Source: Flavobacterium sp.
Lineage (GTDB): Bacteria; Bacteroidota; Bacteroidia; Flavobacteriales; Flavobacteriaceae
Direction of reading: 5' to 3'
DNA: 64,000 nucleotides
Assembly (NCBI GenBank): GCA_044361155.1
Contig: JBIKJF010000011.1
Span: forward strand, 69 to 64,068
Below are positions 1-10,301 of the stretch, piece by piece. The position numbers and the translations under genes are program-made. Within the stretch, counting starts at the first letter, position 1. Each line of letters starts with the position of its first letter. The notes under the pieces were generated by a model. The model did no database searches. It was not told the DNA's origin and saw only the letters and a list, made by a program, of their open reading frames with translations.

Positions 1-168
1 TAATTTTAAAGCTTTTTTAGCTAAATTAGCTTTGCCCATATCAAGATAATGAAGAATAATTTCTTCAAATTCTTCTGAATCGAAAAAGAAAACTTTATTG
101 GTTTTCAACATGGATTCAAACTTCGATAAGGATAGATTGTAGTCTTCTTCGTCGTGATCCAAATGCAT
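1..168 (-). CDS. TPR-type protein, N-terminal part (runs off window start)
   Basis: Manual translation from ATG at 168: MHLDHDEEDYNLSLSKFESMLKTNKVFFFDSEEFEEIILHYLDMGKANLAKKALKL, an N-terminus I recall from a conserved Flavobacteriaceae TPR protein; co-oriented downstream of the aminotransferase. Confidence 0.7.
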   Translation of the reverse strand, partial: MHLDHDEEDYNLSLSKFESMLKTNKVFFFDSEEFEEIILHYLDMGKANLAKKALKL

Positions 169-268
169 AGCTTTTTGTTTAAAATTATCCTTAATAAAAG
201 TAGTTAACTAATGTCGTTATTTAAGGAAAACAGATTTTTGTTTTGAACAATTTAATTAACATTGAACA

Positions 269-348
269 GTTTCGAGTTTCGGGTTTCGGGTTTCGAGTTT
301 TTGGGAAATCTATAAAACTCGCAACTCGTAACTTTTAACCCGCAACTA
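269..348. repeat. Heptamer tandem repeats in inverted arrangement
   Basis: GTTTCGR x4 (269-296), then AACTCGC/AACTCGT/AACTTTT/AACCCGC (316-343); overlaps the stop codon of the aminotransferase. Confidence 0.85.
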
Positions 349-1549
349 TTTCATCCATCACTTCCAAAATAATCTTGCAACCTTCTCTAATTTCCTCTTC
401 AGAAATGGTTAATGGTGGCGTAATTCGGATGGCTTTTCCTTCAAACAATAACCAAAATAGAATTAATCCTTTGTCTTGACAACGCAAAATCACCTGATTT
501 GTTATTTCTTCATCAGATGTCATTGCGGCTAACATCAATCCTTTTCCTCTAACTTCTTGTATCAAAGGATGTACCAAAAGTGTTCTAAAAAGTTTTTCTT
601 TTTCTAAAGATTGTTTGGCGTAGTCTTTTTCTAAAACTTCTTTTAGTGTTGCCAAACAAGCTGCAGCAATCACAGGATGACCGCCAAAAGTTGTAATATG
701 TCCTAATTTAGGATCGTGACTTAATAAATCCATATGTTTTTCGTTGGCAATAAAACCTCCAACAGGCATTCCGCCAGCCATTCCTTTTCCAATAATGACT
801 AGGTCAGGAACGACATTATAATTTTCAAATCCAAACAATTTTCCTGTTCTTCCAAAACCAGGTTGGATTTCGTCCACAATCATTAAAGCTCCAACTTCTT
901 CGCAACGTTTTTTAACTTTAGCCAAAAAGTCATTCTGAGGTTGTATAAAACCAGCTCCACCTTGAATACTTTCTAGAATAATTCCAGCAGTTTTGGTTGT
1001 TATTTTTTGTAAATCGTCTTCATTATTATAGGTGATGAAATCAACATCAGGAATTAAAGGTCTAAAAACCTGTTTGCGTTCTTCAAATCCCATTACGCTC
1101 ATCGAACCCATCGTATTTCCGTGATAAGCATTATGACACGAAATCAATTGACTTCTTCCTGTTACACGTCTAACTAGTTTTAACGCGCCTTCACAAGCTT
1201 CAGTTCCTGAGTTTACTAAATAAACTTTGTTTAATTCTTTTGGTAAATTTTCAACCAATAATTTGCAATATTGCACAGCAGGACTTTGAGAATACTCGCC
1301 ATAAACCATTACGTGTGAATATTTATCCAATTGGTCTTTGATGGCTTGATTTACTCGCGGATGTTGATGTCCAAGCGAGCAAGCCGAAACGCCAGCAACA
1401 AAATCTAAATATTTTTTATTGTTAGTATCGTAAATATAAGAACCAATTGCATGCGAAACCTCCATTCCCAATGGATAAGGTGATGTTTGTGCTTGGTATT
1501 TTAAAAAATCGTTCAATTTTTGTTTGTTTATTTGTTCAATATTATACAA
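335..1549 (-). CDS. Class III PLP aminotransferase (acetylornithine/ornithine aminotransferase-like)
   Basis: Motifs IVDEIQPGFGRTG, IGKGMAGG (PLP lysine), TTFGGHP, YHGNT. Confidence 0.9.
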   Translation of the reverse strand: MYNIEQINKQKLNDFLKYQAQTSPYPLGMEVSHAIGSYIYDTNNKKYLDFVAGVSACSLGHQHPRVNQAIKDQLDKYSHVMVYGEYSQSPAVQYCKLLVENLPKELNKVYLVNSGTEACEGALKLVRRVTGRSQLISCHNAYHGNTMGSMSVMGFEERKQVFRPLIPDVDFITYNNEDDLQKITTKTAGIILESIQGGAGFIQPQNDFLAKVKKRCEEVGALMIVDEIQPGFGRTGKLFGFENYNVVPDLVIIGKGMAGGMPVGGFIANEKHMDLLSHDPKLGHITTFGGHPVIAAACLATLKEVLEKDYAKQSLEKEKLFRTLLVHPLIQEVRGKGLMLAAMTSDEEITNQVILRCQDKGLILFWLLFEGKAIRITPPLTISEEEIREGCKIILEVMDEIVAG

Positions 1550-1587
1550 TTTTTAATCTGTAATTTACAATCGACCAACCTGTATAA

Positions 1588-3255
1588 TTATTTCTTCTTT
1601 TTTTTGTCATAATCCAAAGTTTCCTTTCTAGGTTTCATTGGAAGTTCGTCGTTTTTTAGTTGCTCTTTAGCATCAACGGCGGCTTTTATATCATATTCGT
1701 TTTCTTCGGGTGGAAAAATATCTTCTTTAGATTTAATTCGTTCATCGCCTCTCCAAATAAAGTCTTTTAATTTTCGTGCATTTTCAGGTAACTCTTTTTC
1801 AGGAAAAATTTCTCCTTCAACTTCCTTAAAAAAAGTGATAGTATTAATTACATTTTCTTCAAGTTGCATGTTGATGCTACTACTTTTATTTTTGTTAATG
1901 CCAATCAACTCTTGATTGTCATTTCGCATAAAATAAATTACTTCTGTGTTTTTTACGACGTCTACTTCATACATTTTATTATCCCGAAATTTTCCATATA
2001 AATTTTGTCCTTTTACCTGATTAAAACCTGTGCCAACCGTGTCTTTGGATATAATAAAAGCGTTATTCATAACTTTTAATGAGTCGAGTTGCTCTGTCTT
2101 ATTATTTCCAATTAAATGCATAACCTCACCTGTCAATTGGTTTTCATAATTCCATAAAATTGGTTTTCGTATTAATTTGGTTAAACCAATTTTCTGATTG
2201 GAATGTAAAGAATCACATTTACCGCTCATGTCTGTTTTGTAAAATCTAACATTGTTATACCCTCTTATTATACGCTCGCCAATTTTTCCTGTAACAACTA
2301 ATCTTTTTCCATGAATGAACATAGAATCTTTTTCCATCAAAGTGCGAACAGAAGCTCTTTTGGTGATGAATAAAGAATCTTTATTTTTATATACTTCACC
2401 ATAATGCCCAGTTATAATGGCATTATTTATAGAATCTGTTATTTTTACATTTCTTGTTGCTGAGGCAAACTCTTTTGTTCGATCATAATATAAACTGTCG
2501 CCTTTTATTAAACGGTCGTTATATTTTATATACGATTTTTTTATAAAATGAGCTTTGTTTTTCTTAGTATCATAAAACCCTTTTTCGGTGTAAATAAAAT
2601 TTTCTTTTCCAGTTATTGTTGATGGTCCAAAAAGATAAGAATGTCCAGAATTAGTGTAATAATCTAAATGATTTGACTTAATTACATACTGTGGATTGGT
2701 TAAAACTACTGATGTCAAAAATTGATATTTTTTTTGAGCCACGTAGTATTTCCCAGATTTACTTTTTAAAGTATTTTCTTTGTTAATAATCGTACCATAG
2801 GAGTTGTAATAAGCCTCTTGACTAACTCTATCGAAGTGAATGGTGTCTGTTACTAAAGACATTTCTGGAGAAGTAAGCGATACGTTTCCTGTAGCAAAAG
2901 CACGCTTTACATTTCCATTATATTCAGCATATTTTCCGTTTAAATATAGTGTATCACCTTGCACCATTTGTACATCGCCAAAAGCTTTGATGTAATTTTC
3001 ATCTTTGTAATAGTAGGCTTTGTTGCAAGTTAATGTAATACCATCATGAACTGCACGAACATTTCCAGTTAGCAAGAATGCGCCAGGAAGTTCATATTCG
3101 TTTAAGTCAGAAAAATCAGAGTTTTCAATAAAAATTTTACTTGGTTCTTGAGCAAATACTAGAGTAAAATTAAATAAAAATAATGCGATAACGATAAGTT
3201 GTTTTTTCAAGGAAATTATTTTTGAAGCAAATTTATAAAAATAGAACCAACACAA
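1588..3255 (-). CDS. OstA/LptA-LptD-like beta-jellyroll envelope protein (true start probably TTG at 3210)
   Basis: Signal peptide after 3210 (KKQLIVIALFLFNFTLVFA); repeated AFGDVQMVQGDT / ATGNVSLT / ATRNVKITDS OstA-type strands; TAnnTTTG at 3228-3235 on the minus strand lies inside the longer ORF. Confidence 0.8.
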   Translation of the reverse strand: MCWFYFYKFASKIISLKKQLIVIALFLFNFTLVFAQEPSKIFIENSDFSDLNEYELPGAFLLTGNVRAVHDGITLTCNKAYYYKDENYIKAFGDVQMVQGDTLYLNGKYAEYNGNVKRAFATGNVSLTSPEMSLVTDTIHFDRVSQEAYYNSYGTIINKENTLKSKSGKYYVAQKKYQFLTSVVLTNPQYVIKSNHLDYYTNSGHSYLFGPSTITGKENFIYTEKGFYDTKKNKAHFIKKSYIKYNDRLIKGDSLYYDRTKEFASATRNVKITDSINNAIITGHYGEVYKNKDSLFITKRASVRTLMEKDSMFIHGKRLVVTGKIGERIIRGYNNVRFYKTDMSGKCDSLHSNQKIGLTKLIRKPILWNYENQLTGEVMHLIGNNKTEQLDSLKVMNNAFIISKDTVGTGFNQVKGQNLYGKFRDNKMYEVDVVKNTEVIYFMRNDNQELIGINKNKSSSINMQLEENVINTITFFKEVEGEIFPEKELPENARKLKDFIWRGDERIKSKEDIFPPEENEYDIKAAVDAKEQLKNDELPMKPRKETLDYDKKKKK

Positions 3256-3304
3256 ATGTTTATTAAGATTTTTTTATTAATAGTTAATTTTAAATTTCCT
3301 TTTT

Positions 3305-3312
3305 TATATTTG
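3305..3312 (+). promoter_or_regulatory. Bacteroidota -7 promoter element (TATATTTG)
   Basis: Exact TAnnTTTG match upstream of the GH13 gene. Confidence 0.55.
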
Positions 3313-3319
3313 TTGATTA

Positions 3320-5215
3320 ATGTTTATAACACGTTACATTATGAAGAAGCTAGTTGTTATCGGATTGCTTGGTTTGGCTTTAAATGCTCAATCACAAGTA
3401 AATAAAGTACTTACAAATTCTAAAGAAAATAAATCAAAAGTTAAGTCATTGGAAAGAAAAAAAGTTGTTTATCAAGTTTTTACAAGATTATTCGGAAATA
3501 AAAATACAACTAATAAGCCTTGGGGAACCATTGAAGAAAATGGGGTAGGGAAGTTTAATGATTTTACAGATAAAGCATTACAAGAAATTAAAAATTTAGG
3601 TGTTACTCACATTTGGTATACAGGTGTTCCACATCATGCTTTAGTGAGAGATTATTCTAAATATGGTATTTCAAATGATGATCCTGATGTTGTAAAAGGT
3701 AGAGCAGGTTCTCCCTATGCAGTGAAAGATTATTATAATGTAAATCCTGATTTAGCTATAAATCCAGATAAACGTTTGGAAGAATTTGAATCTTTGATAG
3801 CTAGAACGCACAAAAATGGTTTGCAATTATTGATTGATATTGTTCCCAATCATGTTGCTCGAAAATATGAAGGCAAAAACAATCCACAGGGTGTTAGAGA
3901 TTTTGGTGCCGACGATATTACCAACGTAGATTATCACCGCGACAATAATTTTTATTACATTCCAAATGAGCCTTTTCAGGTACCAACATCAAATAATTAT
4001 AAACCTTTGAATGGTGATGAATATCCAATGAGTGATGGTAAATTTAATGAAAATCCGGCAAAATGGACAGGAAATGGTTCTAGAATGGCCAAACCAGACA
4101 TCAACGATTGGTATGAAACTGTTAAAGTGAATTACGGAATGACTCCAGATGGTGACAAAGATTTCCCATTGCTGCCAGCAGGTTTTGATTCTAAATCGTA
4201 CCAAGAACATTTTGATTATTGGAAAGATAAAGATATACCTAGTTCGTGGAAGAAATTTAAAGATATTGCTTTATTTTGGACAGGCAAAGGAGTTGATGGG
4301 TTTAGGTATGATATGGCAGAAATGGTTCCATATGAATTTTGGAGTTATATGAATTCTGCAATAAAAATGAAAAATCCTAATGCTTTCTTATTGGCTGAAG
4401 TATATAACCCGGCAGAATATAGAAATTATATTCATCTTGGGAAAATGGATTATTTGTATGACAAAGTAGAAACATATGATTATTTAAAAGCCATAATTCA
4501 GGGTAGAGCTGTAGCAGATGGTTTAACAGATATTCAAAAAGGATTAGAAGATATTGAACACAATATGTTGCATTTCTTGGATAATCATGATGAGCAAAGA
4601 TTGGCAAGTCCAGAATTTGCTAAAAGTGGTAATAACGGTAAGCCCTTAATGGTGGTTTCAGCAACATTGAGTACGTCACCAACTATGATTTACTTTGGGC
4701 AAGAAGTTGGCGAAGCAGGCAATGAAAATGGCGGATTCGGAACCCGTTCTAGAACATCTATTTTTGATTATGTTGGTGTTCCAAATCACCAAAGATGGAT
4801 GAATGGTGGTAAGTTTGACGGCGGACAATTATCTGAAAGTGAGAAACAGCTTAGAGCATTTTATAAAAAACTATTAAATTTCACTATTTCAAGTGAGGCT
4901 TTGATGGGAGCATTTAGAGAGATTCAATCGGCAAATGTGAATATTACAAATCGCTATGAAACTACTATTTACTCTTTTGTTCGTTGGTCTCAGAATGAGA
5001 AATTAATTATATCTTGTAATTTTTCTCCAGATAGAACACATGCTATTGATTTGAGAATTCCAAACGAAGTAATTTCAGAGTGGCAAGTAAAAGATGGATC
5101 ATATCTAGTAACAGACCAATTATCTGGAAGTAAAAAAACAATGTTAGTTGAAAACGGTGTAGGAATTATAAAATTAGTTTTAGGAGCTAGCGAAAGTTTT
5201 ATTTTAAAAATGTAG
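3320..5215 (+). CDS. GH13 alpha-amylase family glycoside hydrolase, secreted (start probably 3341)
   Basis: Catalytic motifs DGFRYDMAE, AEVY, FLDNHDE; DIVPNHV; signal peptide. Confidence 0.92.
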   Translation: MFITRYIMKKLVVIGLLGLALNAQSQVNKVLTNSKENKSKVKSLERKKVVYQVFTRLFGNKNTTNKPWGTIEENGVGKFNDFTDKALQEIKNLGVTHIWYTGVPHHALVRDYSKYGISNDDPDVVKGRAGSPYAVKDYYNVNPDLAINPDKRLEEFESLIARTHKNGLQLLIDIVPNHVARKYEGKNNPQGVRDFGADDITNVDYHRDNNFYYIPNEPFQVPTSNNYKPLNGDEYPMSDGKFNENPAKWTGNGSRMAKPDINDWYETVKVNYGMTPDGDKDFPLLPAGFDSKSYQEHFDYWKDKDIPSSWKKFKDIALFWTGKGVDGFRYDMAEMVPYEFWSYMNSAIKMKNPNAFLLAEVYNPAEYRNYIHLGKMDYLYDKVETYDYLKAIIQGRAVADGLTDIQKGLEDIEHNMLHFLDNHDEQRLASPEFAKSGNNGKPLMVVSATLSTSPTMIYFGQEVGEAGNENGGFGTRSRTSIFDYVGVPNHQRWMNGGKFDGGQLSESEKQLRAFYKKLLNFTISSEALMGAFREIQSANVNITNRYETTIYSFVRWSQNEKLIISCNFSPDRTHAIDLRIPNEVISEWQVKDGSYLVTDQLSGSKKTMLVENGVGIIKLVLGASESFILKM

Positions 5216-5450
5216 TTAAAGTAAACAACTGTTATTTATAAGTACAATTTTGTTAAAATTGATGCGGTAGATTTATTTATATACTACTTTTGATTATATT
5301 TTTGGATTAGGAAATTGCCATTAAGAAAAAGTTTGCGCATGCAATTTATAAATCATCGAGATCTAATAAAACAAATACTATAGTGCGTTAATACCGATGA
5401 TGTAAAAGGCGATTTACATATGTTATCTATAAAAAATAAAATTTAAATAT

Positions 5451-5972
5451 ATGAAACTACTATTTTTATTTTCGATTTTGCTTAATCCTGTTGTAATATT
5501 TAATTTTTCTAAAGAAAGTACTATTTCTAATTGGAAGATTGTTGATGATGGTGTGATGGGCGGACTTTCATCTAGTGAATTCTTTGTTGATAAAGGTGGA
5601 AATGGAACCTTTAAGGGCAACGTTTCTACAGAAAACAACGGCGGCTTTTGTTCTGTTCGTCATTTTTTCAAAGCTGTGAAACTTGCCGAAAAAAGTGTGT
5701 TTAAAATTCGGTTGAAAGGTGATGGTAAAAAGTATCAATTTAGAGTAAAAAAAGATCTTAACGATTATTATTCATATATTTACGAATTTCAAACGTCGGC
5801 GGAATGGGAAACAATCGAAATTCCTTTGGATAAATTTTATGCTTCTTTTAGAGGACGAACGTTGCAACTCCCTAATTATGATGGTCAAAACTTAGAAGAA
5901 GTTGCTTTTTTAATAGGAAACAAAAAAAATGAAAGTTTCGAATTACTAATCGATAAAATTGAAGTGGAATAA
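5451..5972 (+). CDS. CIA30 family protein
   Basis: WKIVDDGVMGGLS, GNVSTENNGGF, LKGDGKKYQFR signature segments. Confidence 0.9.
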   Translation: MKLLFLFSILLNPVVIFNFSKESTISNWKIVDDGVMGGLSSSEFFVDKGGNGTFKGNVSTENNGGFCSVRHFFKAVKLAEKSVFKIRLKGDGKKYQFRVKKDLNDYYSYIYEFQTSAEWETIEIPLDKFYASFRGRTLQLPNYDGQNLEEVAFLIGNKKNESFELLIDKIEVE

Positions 5973-6036
5973 AATATCCAATTTGTTTCAGACAAAAATG
6001 TAAAAACAAATATAATTTCATTTTCTTCTAAAAGCA

Positions 6037-6071
6037 AAAATCCCAAACTTCATTCAAAAATTTGGGATTTT
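6037..6071. terminator. Bidirectional intrinsic terminator between CIA30 and purA
   Basis: AAAATCCCAAA ... TTTGGGATTTT inverted repeat between convergent genes. Confidence 0.7.
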
Positions 6072-6081
6072 ATTAGCTATT

Positions 6082-7353
6082 TTATCTCGTAATAGTTTGT
6101 TTTCTATCGGGTCCAACAGAAACTATTTTTATTGGTACTTCAACTTCTTTTTCTATAAATTCAATATATTCTTTTAATTCTTTTGGTAAACTTTCAAAAG
6201 TTGTTAAACCTGTTAGATCGGCTTTCCATCCTTGGAATTCTGTATAAATTGGTTTTACGTTTTCTTCCTCAATATTATAAGGTAAATGTTGAATAACTTT
6301 GCCTTTATAATTATAAGATGTACAAACTTTCAAGGTTTCAAATCCTGATAAGACATCGGCTTTCATCATCATTAATTGCGTTACGCCATTCACTTGAATT
6401 GCATATTTTAAAGCTACTAAATCTAGCCAACCACAACGCCTTTTTCTCCCTGTAACTGATCCAAATTCATTTCCAACTTTTGCCATAACATCGCCAGCAT
6501 CACCAAAATCTTCTGTAGGAAATGGTCCAGAGCCAACTCGAGTAGTATAAGCTTTGAAAATTCCGAAAACTTCTTTGACTTTATTTGGTGCAATTCCCAA
6601 ACCGGTGCAAGCTCCTGCTGCCGTTGTATTTGATGATGTTACAAATGGATAGGTTCCAAAATCGACATCTAAAAGCGAGCCTTGTGCACCTTCGCAAAGT
6701 ATTGATTTTCCTTCTTTTTGTGCTTGTGCCAAATATTCTTCGCTGTCAATGAATTTAAGTTTTTGTAAATCGTTGATTGCTTCAAAGAATTCATTCTCTA
6801 ATTCAGGTAAGTTGTATTGAATATCAACGTTATAGAAGGCAATCAAGGCTTCATGTTTGTCTGCCAAAGCTCTATATCGTTCTTTAAAATCTTCTAATTC
6901 AATATCGCCAACTCTGATTCCGTTTCTACCAGTTTTGTCCATATAAGTAGGTCCAATTCCTTTTAAGGTAGATCCAATTTTAGCTTTTCCCTTAGAAGCT
7001 TCTGAAGCAGCATCGAGTAATCTATGTGTTGGAAGTATTAAATGGGCCTTTCTAGAAACAATTAATTTAGATTTGATGTCTATGTTAAATTTTGCTAAAC
7101 CATCAATTTCACTTTTAAAAACTACAGGATCAATAACAACACCATTACCAATGACATTAATATTGTTATCATGAAAAATCCCAGAAGGAATAGTTCTTAA
7201 AACGTGTTTTATTCCGTCAAATTCTATAGTGTGTCCTGCATTTGGTCCTCCTTGAAAACGAGCAATAATATCGTAATTAGAGGTAAGTACATCTACGATT
7301 TTTCCTTTTCCTTCGTCACCCCATTGTAATCCGAGTAGTAAATCTACTGTCAT
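6082..7353 (-). CDS. purA: Adenylosuccinate synthetase
   Basis: GLQWGDEGKGK P-loop, GGPNAGHT, EGAQG, GSVTGRKRRCGWLD, SVGPDR. Confidence 0.98.
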   Translation of the reverse strand: MTVDLLLGLQWGDEGKGKIVDVLTSNYDIIARFQGGPNAGHTIEFDGIKHVLRTIPSGIFHDNNINVIGNGVVIDPVVFKSEIDGLAKFNIDIKSKLIVSRKAHLILPTHRLLDAASEASKGKAKIGSTLKGIGPTYMDKTGRNGIRVGDIELEDFKERYRALADKHEALIAFYNVDIQYNLPELENEFFEAINDLQKLKFIDSEEYLAQAQKEGKSILCEGAQGSLLDVDFGTYPFVTSSNTTAAGACTGLGIAPNKVKEVFGIFKAYTTRVGSGPFPTEDFGDAGDVMAKVGNEFGSVTGRKRRCGWLDLVALKYAIQVNGVTQLMMMKADVLSGFETLKVCTSYNYKGKVIQHLPYNIEEENVKPIYTEFQGWKADLTGLTTFESLPKELKEYIEFIEKEVEVPIKIVSVGPDRKQTITR

Positions 7354-7395
7354 TTTTTTATTTTTATTGTTAGTAGTTAGTTGTGATCTTTAGTT

Positions 7396-7860
7396 TTAGT
7401 TTCCTACGCTTGATTTTTTGGTAGCATAAAAGTACAACGAGTGGTTGTGAATTTCAACGCCAAAAATATCTTCCATGGTCTGTTTTATGGTTTGAATTCT
7501 TGGGTCGCAAAACTCTATAACTTCACCAGAATCAGTCATAATAATATGATCGTGTTGTTTATCAAAATAAGATTTTTCGTAATGTGCCTGATTTTGACCA
7601 AATTGATGTTTTCTAACCAAACCACAGTCTAAAAGTAGTTCGATAGTATTATATAAGGTAGCTCGTGAAACTCTATAATTTTTGTTTTTCATTTTAATAT
7701 ATAAATTTTCTATATCAAAATGCTCCTGACTATCATAAATCTCCTGCAGAATTGCATATCGTTCTGGCGTTTTGCGGTGTCCTTTATTTTCTAGATAAGA
7801 GGTAAAAACGTTTTTTACTGTTTCTTGATTTTTGCTATTATCTGATGCTATTTGTGTCAT
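7396..7860 (-). CDS. fur: Fur family transcriptional regulator (ATG at 7860 preferred over TTG 7869)
   Basis: [28 protein letters not shown]; the TTG start overlaps a TAnnTTTG promoter element. Confidence 0.88.
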   Translation of the reverse strand: MTQIASDNSKNQETVKNVFTSYLENKGHRKTPERYAILQEIYDSQEHFDIENLYIKMKNKNYRVSRATLYNTIELLLDCGLVRKHQFGQNQAHYEKSYFDKQHDHIIMTDSGEVIEFCDPRIQTIKQTMEDIFGVEIHNHSLYFYATKKSSVGN

Positions 7861-7866
7861 ATCTTG

Positions 7867-7874
7867 CAAAGATA
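7867..7874 (-). promoter_or_regulatory. -7 promoter element (TATCTTTG) of fur
   Basis: Exact TAnnTTTG match ending 7 nt before the ATG. Confidence 0.6.
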
Positions 7875-7941
7875 AATTTTAGTTTAAAATTTTAAAAGTT
7901 TAATTGTTTAAAGTTATAAACCGTTGTTAATAATATTTGTA

Positions 7942-10161
7942 TCAGTTCTTGTTTACCCTAGAAACTTTATCAATTCCGTCAATTTTTTTTATGTTATCTA
8001 TTAGTTTTTTCAAAATAGTATTGTTTTGAACTACAACAGTAACTTGACCATTAAATATTCCAGCATCACCATTCAAGGAAATACTTTGAATGTTAACATG
8101 CATTTGGTTAGAAATTACTTTTGTTAACTCGTTGGTAAGTCCTAATATATCCATTCCTGTAATTTTTAAAATCGCTTTAAATTCTTGTTGTGAAGAATCT
8201 ATCCATCTCGCTTGCATAATGCGATAGGCATAATTAGATTGTAACGAAATGGCATTTGGACAGTCTTTTTTGTGTACTTTTATACCTTCATTTATAGTTA
8301 CAAATCCGAATACTTCATCGCCAGGAATAGGATTACAACAAGTTGATAGTTTGTAATCTAGTCTATCTTGCTCTTTTCCAAACACTAGTAAATCATAATT
8401 ATTACTAAGTTCTTGTTTGTGAATTTCATCAGCATTTGAACTAGGTGTTCTCTTTATCTTATTTTTGAAAAAGTTTATTAATGTATTGCTTTTTTGTGCA
8501 GCATAGTCTTTTAACTGCTGGTTTTCAATAGAACCAATTCCCATTCGATAAAACAAATCCAGACTGGTCCTTAATTTAAAAAAAATTACTAATTCATTTA
8601 CAACGGTTTCATTTAATGTTATTTTTAAATGTTTAAGTTTTCTAGTTAGTACTTCTTTTCCTTCTTCTGCAATTTTTTTAGTATTTTCGTTTAGAACGTT
8701 TCTTATTTTTGTTTTGGCTCTAGATGTTGTTACATAATCTAACCAATTGATAGTTGGTTTCTGATTTACAGATGTTATAATTTCTATTTGGTCGCCACTT
8801 TTTAGCTCATAGTTTAAGGGTACAAGTTTACTGTTTACTCTTGTTCCTCTTGTTTTAATTCCAATTTCGGAGTGAATACTGAAAGCAAAATCGAGTGAAG
8901 TTGCACCTTTTGGAAGTGATTTAATTTCTCCTTTTGGTGTGAAGACAAAAATTTCTTTGGCATACAAATTCATCTTAAAATCTTCAACAAAATCTACCGC
9001 ATTTGTCTCCGAATTTTCTAATGCTTCTTTAAGTAAATTAAGCCATACATCTAAACCATTTTCTTCTGTTGACCCTTGCTTGTATTTATAATGTGCTGCA
9101 TAACCTTTTTCAGCAATTTCGTCCATGCGTTCGCTTCGAACCTGAATTTCGACCCATCTACCTTTTGGTCCCATAACAGTAATATGAAGGGCTTCATATC
9201 CAGATGATTTTGGTGAGGAAATCCAATCGCGCAAACGACTTGGACTTGGTCGATAGTGGTCTGTAATCAGGGAATATATTTTCCAAGCTAGAAATTTTTC
9301 ATCATGAGGATTTGATTTATAGATAATTCGTAATGCAAATTTGTCGTAAACTTCATCAAAGCTTACATTTTGAGCCAACATTTTTCTACGAATAGAGTAA
9401 ATTGATTTTGGACGACCTTTTATAACGTATTCAACAGCTTCTTCATTTAACGATTTTTTTAAAACATCAGAAACAAGTTTGATATACTCATCTTGCTCTT
9501 CTTTTGTTTCTTTTATCTTACTTACAATATCCTTATAGACTTCTGGTTCGGTATATTTTAATCCTAAATCTTCAAGTTCAGTTTTAATATTATATAATCC
9601 TAAACGGTGTGCGAGAGGTGCGTAAATATATAAAGTTTCTGACGCTATTTTTACTTGTTTGTAATCTGGCATCGAATCCATTGTTTGCATGTTGTGCAAT
9701 CTGTCAGCAATTTTTATTAAAATTACACGAACATCATCATTCAAAGTCAATAGCATTTTCCGGAAATTTTCCGCTTGCATCGAAATGTTCATGTCTTTTT
9801 TAACCTGCGATATTTTAGTTAATCCCGCTACAATTTGAGCAATTTTTGGATTGAACATTTTCTCAATATCTTCTATAGTAATTTCAGTATCTTCAACGAC
9901 ATCATGCATCAATGCTGCTGCGATACTTGTTGCACCTAGTCCGATTTGAGAAGCTACAATTTTTGCAACTCCAATTGGATGAAAAACATATGCTTCTCCC
10001 GATTTACGCCTCTGATCTTTGTGAGCATCAACAGCCACGTCAAAAGCCTTTCTAATAATTTTTTTATCTTCAGGCGTAAGTGTTTGATAACTTATTCTAA
10101 GGAGCTCTTTATATTCGCGTGCTAGTGCTTTTTTTTCTTCTTCTAATTCTAATTCTGTCAT
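7942..10161 (-). CDS. rel: Long bifunctional RelA/SpoT (p)ppGpp synthetase/hydrolase
   Basis: HD domain (HDVVED), synthetase GRPKSIYSI / EIQVRSERM, TGS (DFAFSIHSEIG), CCNPIPGD, C-terminal ACT. Confidence 0.96.
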   Translation of the reverse strand: MTELELEEEKKALAREYKELLRISYQTLTPEDKKIIRKAFDVAVDAHKDQRRKSGEAYVFHPIGVAKIVASQIGLGATSIAAALMHDVVEDTEITIEDIEKMFNPKIAQIVAGLTKISQVKKDMNISMQAENFRKMLLTLNDDVRVILIKIADRLHNMQTMDSMPDYKQVKIASETLYIYAPLAHRLGLYNIKTELEDLGLKYTEPEVYKDIVSKIKETKEEQDEYIKLVSDVLKKSLNEEAVEYVIKGRPKSIYSIRRKMLAQNVSFDEVYDKFALRIIYKSNPHDEKFLAWKIYSLITDHYRPSPSRLRDWISSPKSSGYEALHITVMGPKGRWVEIQVRSERMDEIAEKGYAAHYKYKQGSTEENGLDVWLNLLKEALENSETNAVDFVEDFKMNLYAKEIFVFTPKGEIKSLPKGATSLDFAFSIHSEIGIKTRGTRVNSKLVPLNYELKSGDQIEIITSVNQKPTINWLDYVTTSRAKTKIRNVLNENTKKIAEEGKEVLTRKLKHLKITLNETVVNELVIFFKLRTSLDLFYRMGIGSIENQQLKDYAAQKSNTLINFFKNKIKRTPSSNADEIHKQELSNNYDLLVFGKEQDRLDYKLSTCCNPIPGDEVFGFVTINEGIKVHKKDCPNAISLQSNYAYRIMQARWIDSSQQEFKAILKITGMDILGLTNELTKVISNQMHVNIQSISLNGDAGIFNGQVTVVVQNNTILKKLIDNIKKIDGIDKVSRVNKN

Positions 10162-10301
10162 AGCAATTCTTCAATTAGCTAAAAATAAGAAATATTATTT
10201 GAATTACAAACAAAATTGTCAATTTCTAATAAAAATAGTACAATTTAAAAAGTACATCTTTTTTGAGAATTAAGTACAATCGCATTAGAAGTCCTCATTT
10301 G

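Noticed and set aside
5375-5425. Riboswitch-like element upstream of CIA30 (TGTAAA-AGGCGA-TTTACA hairpin)
   Set aside because: Single short stem; no aptamer consensus I can recognise
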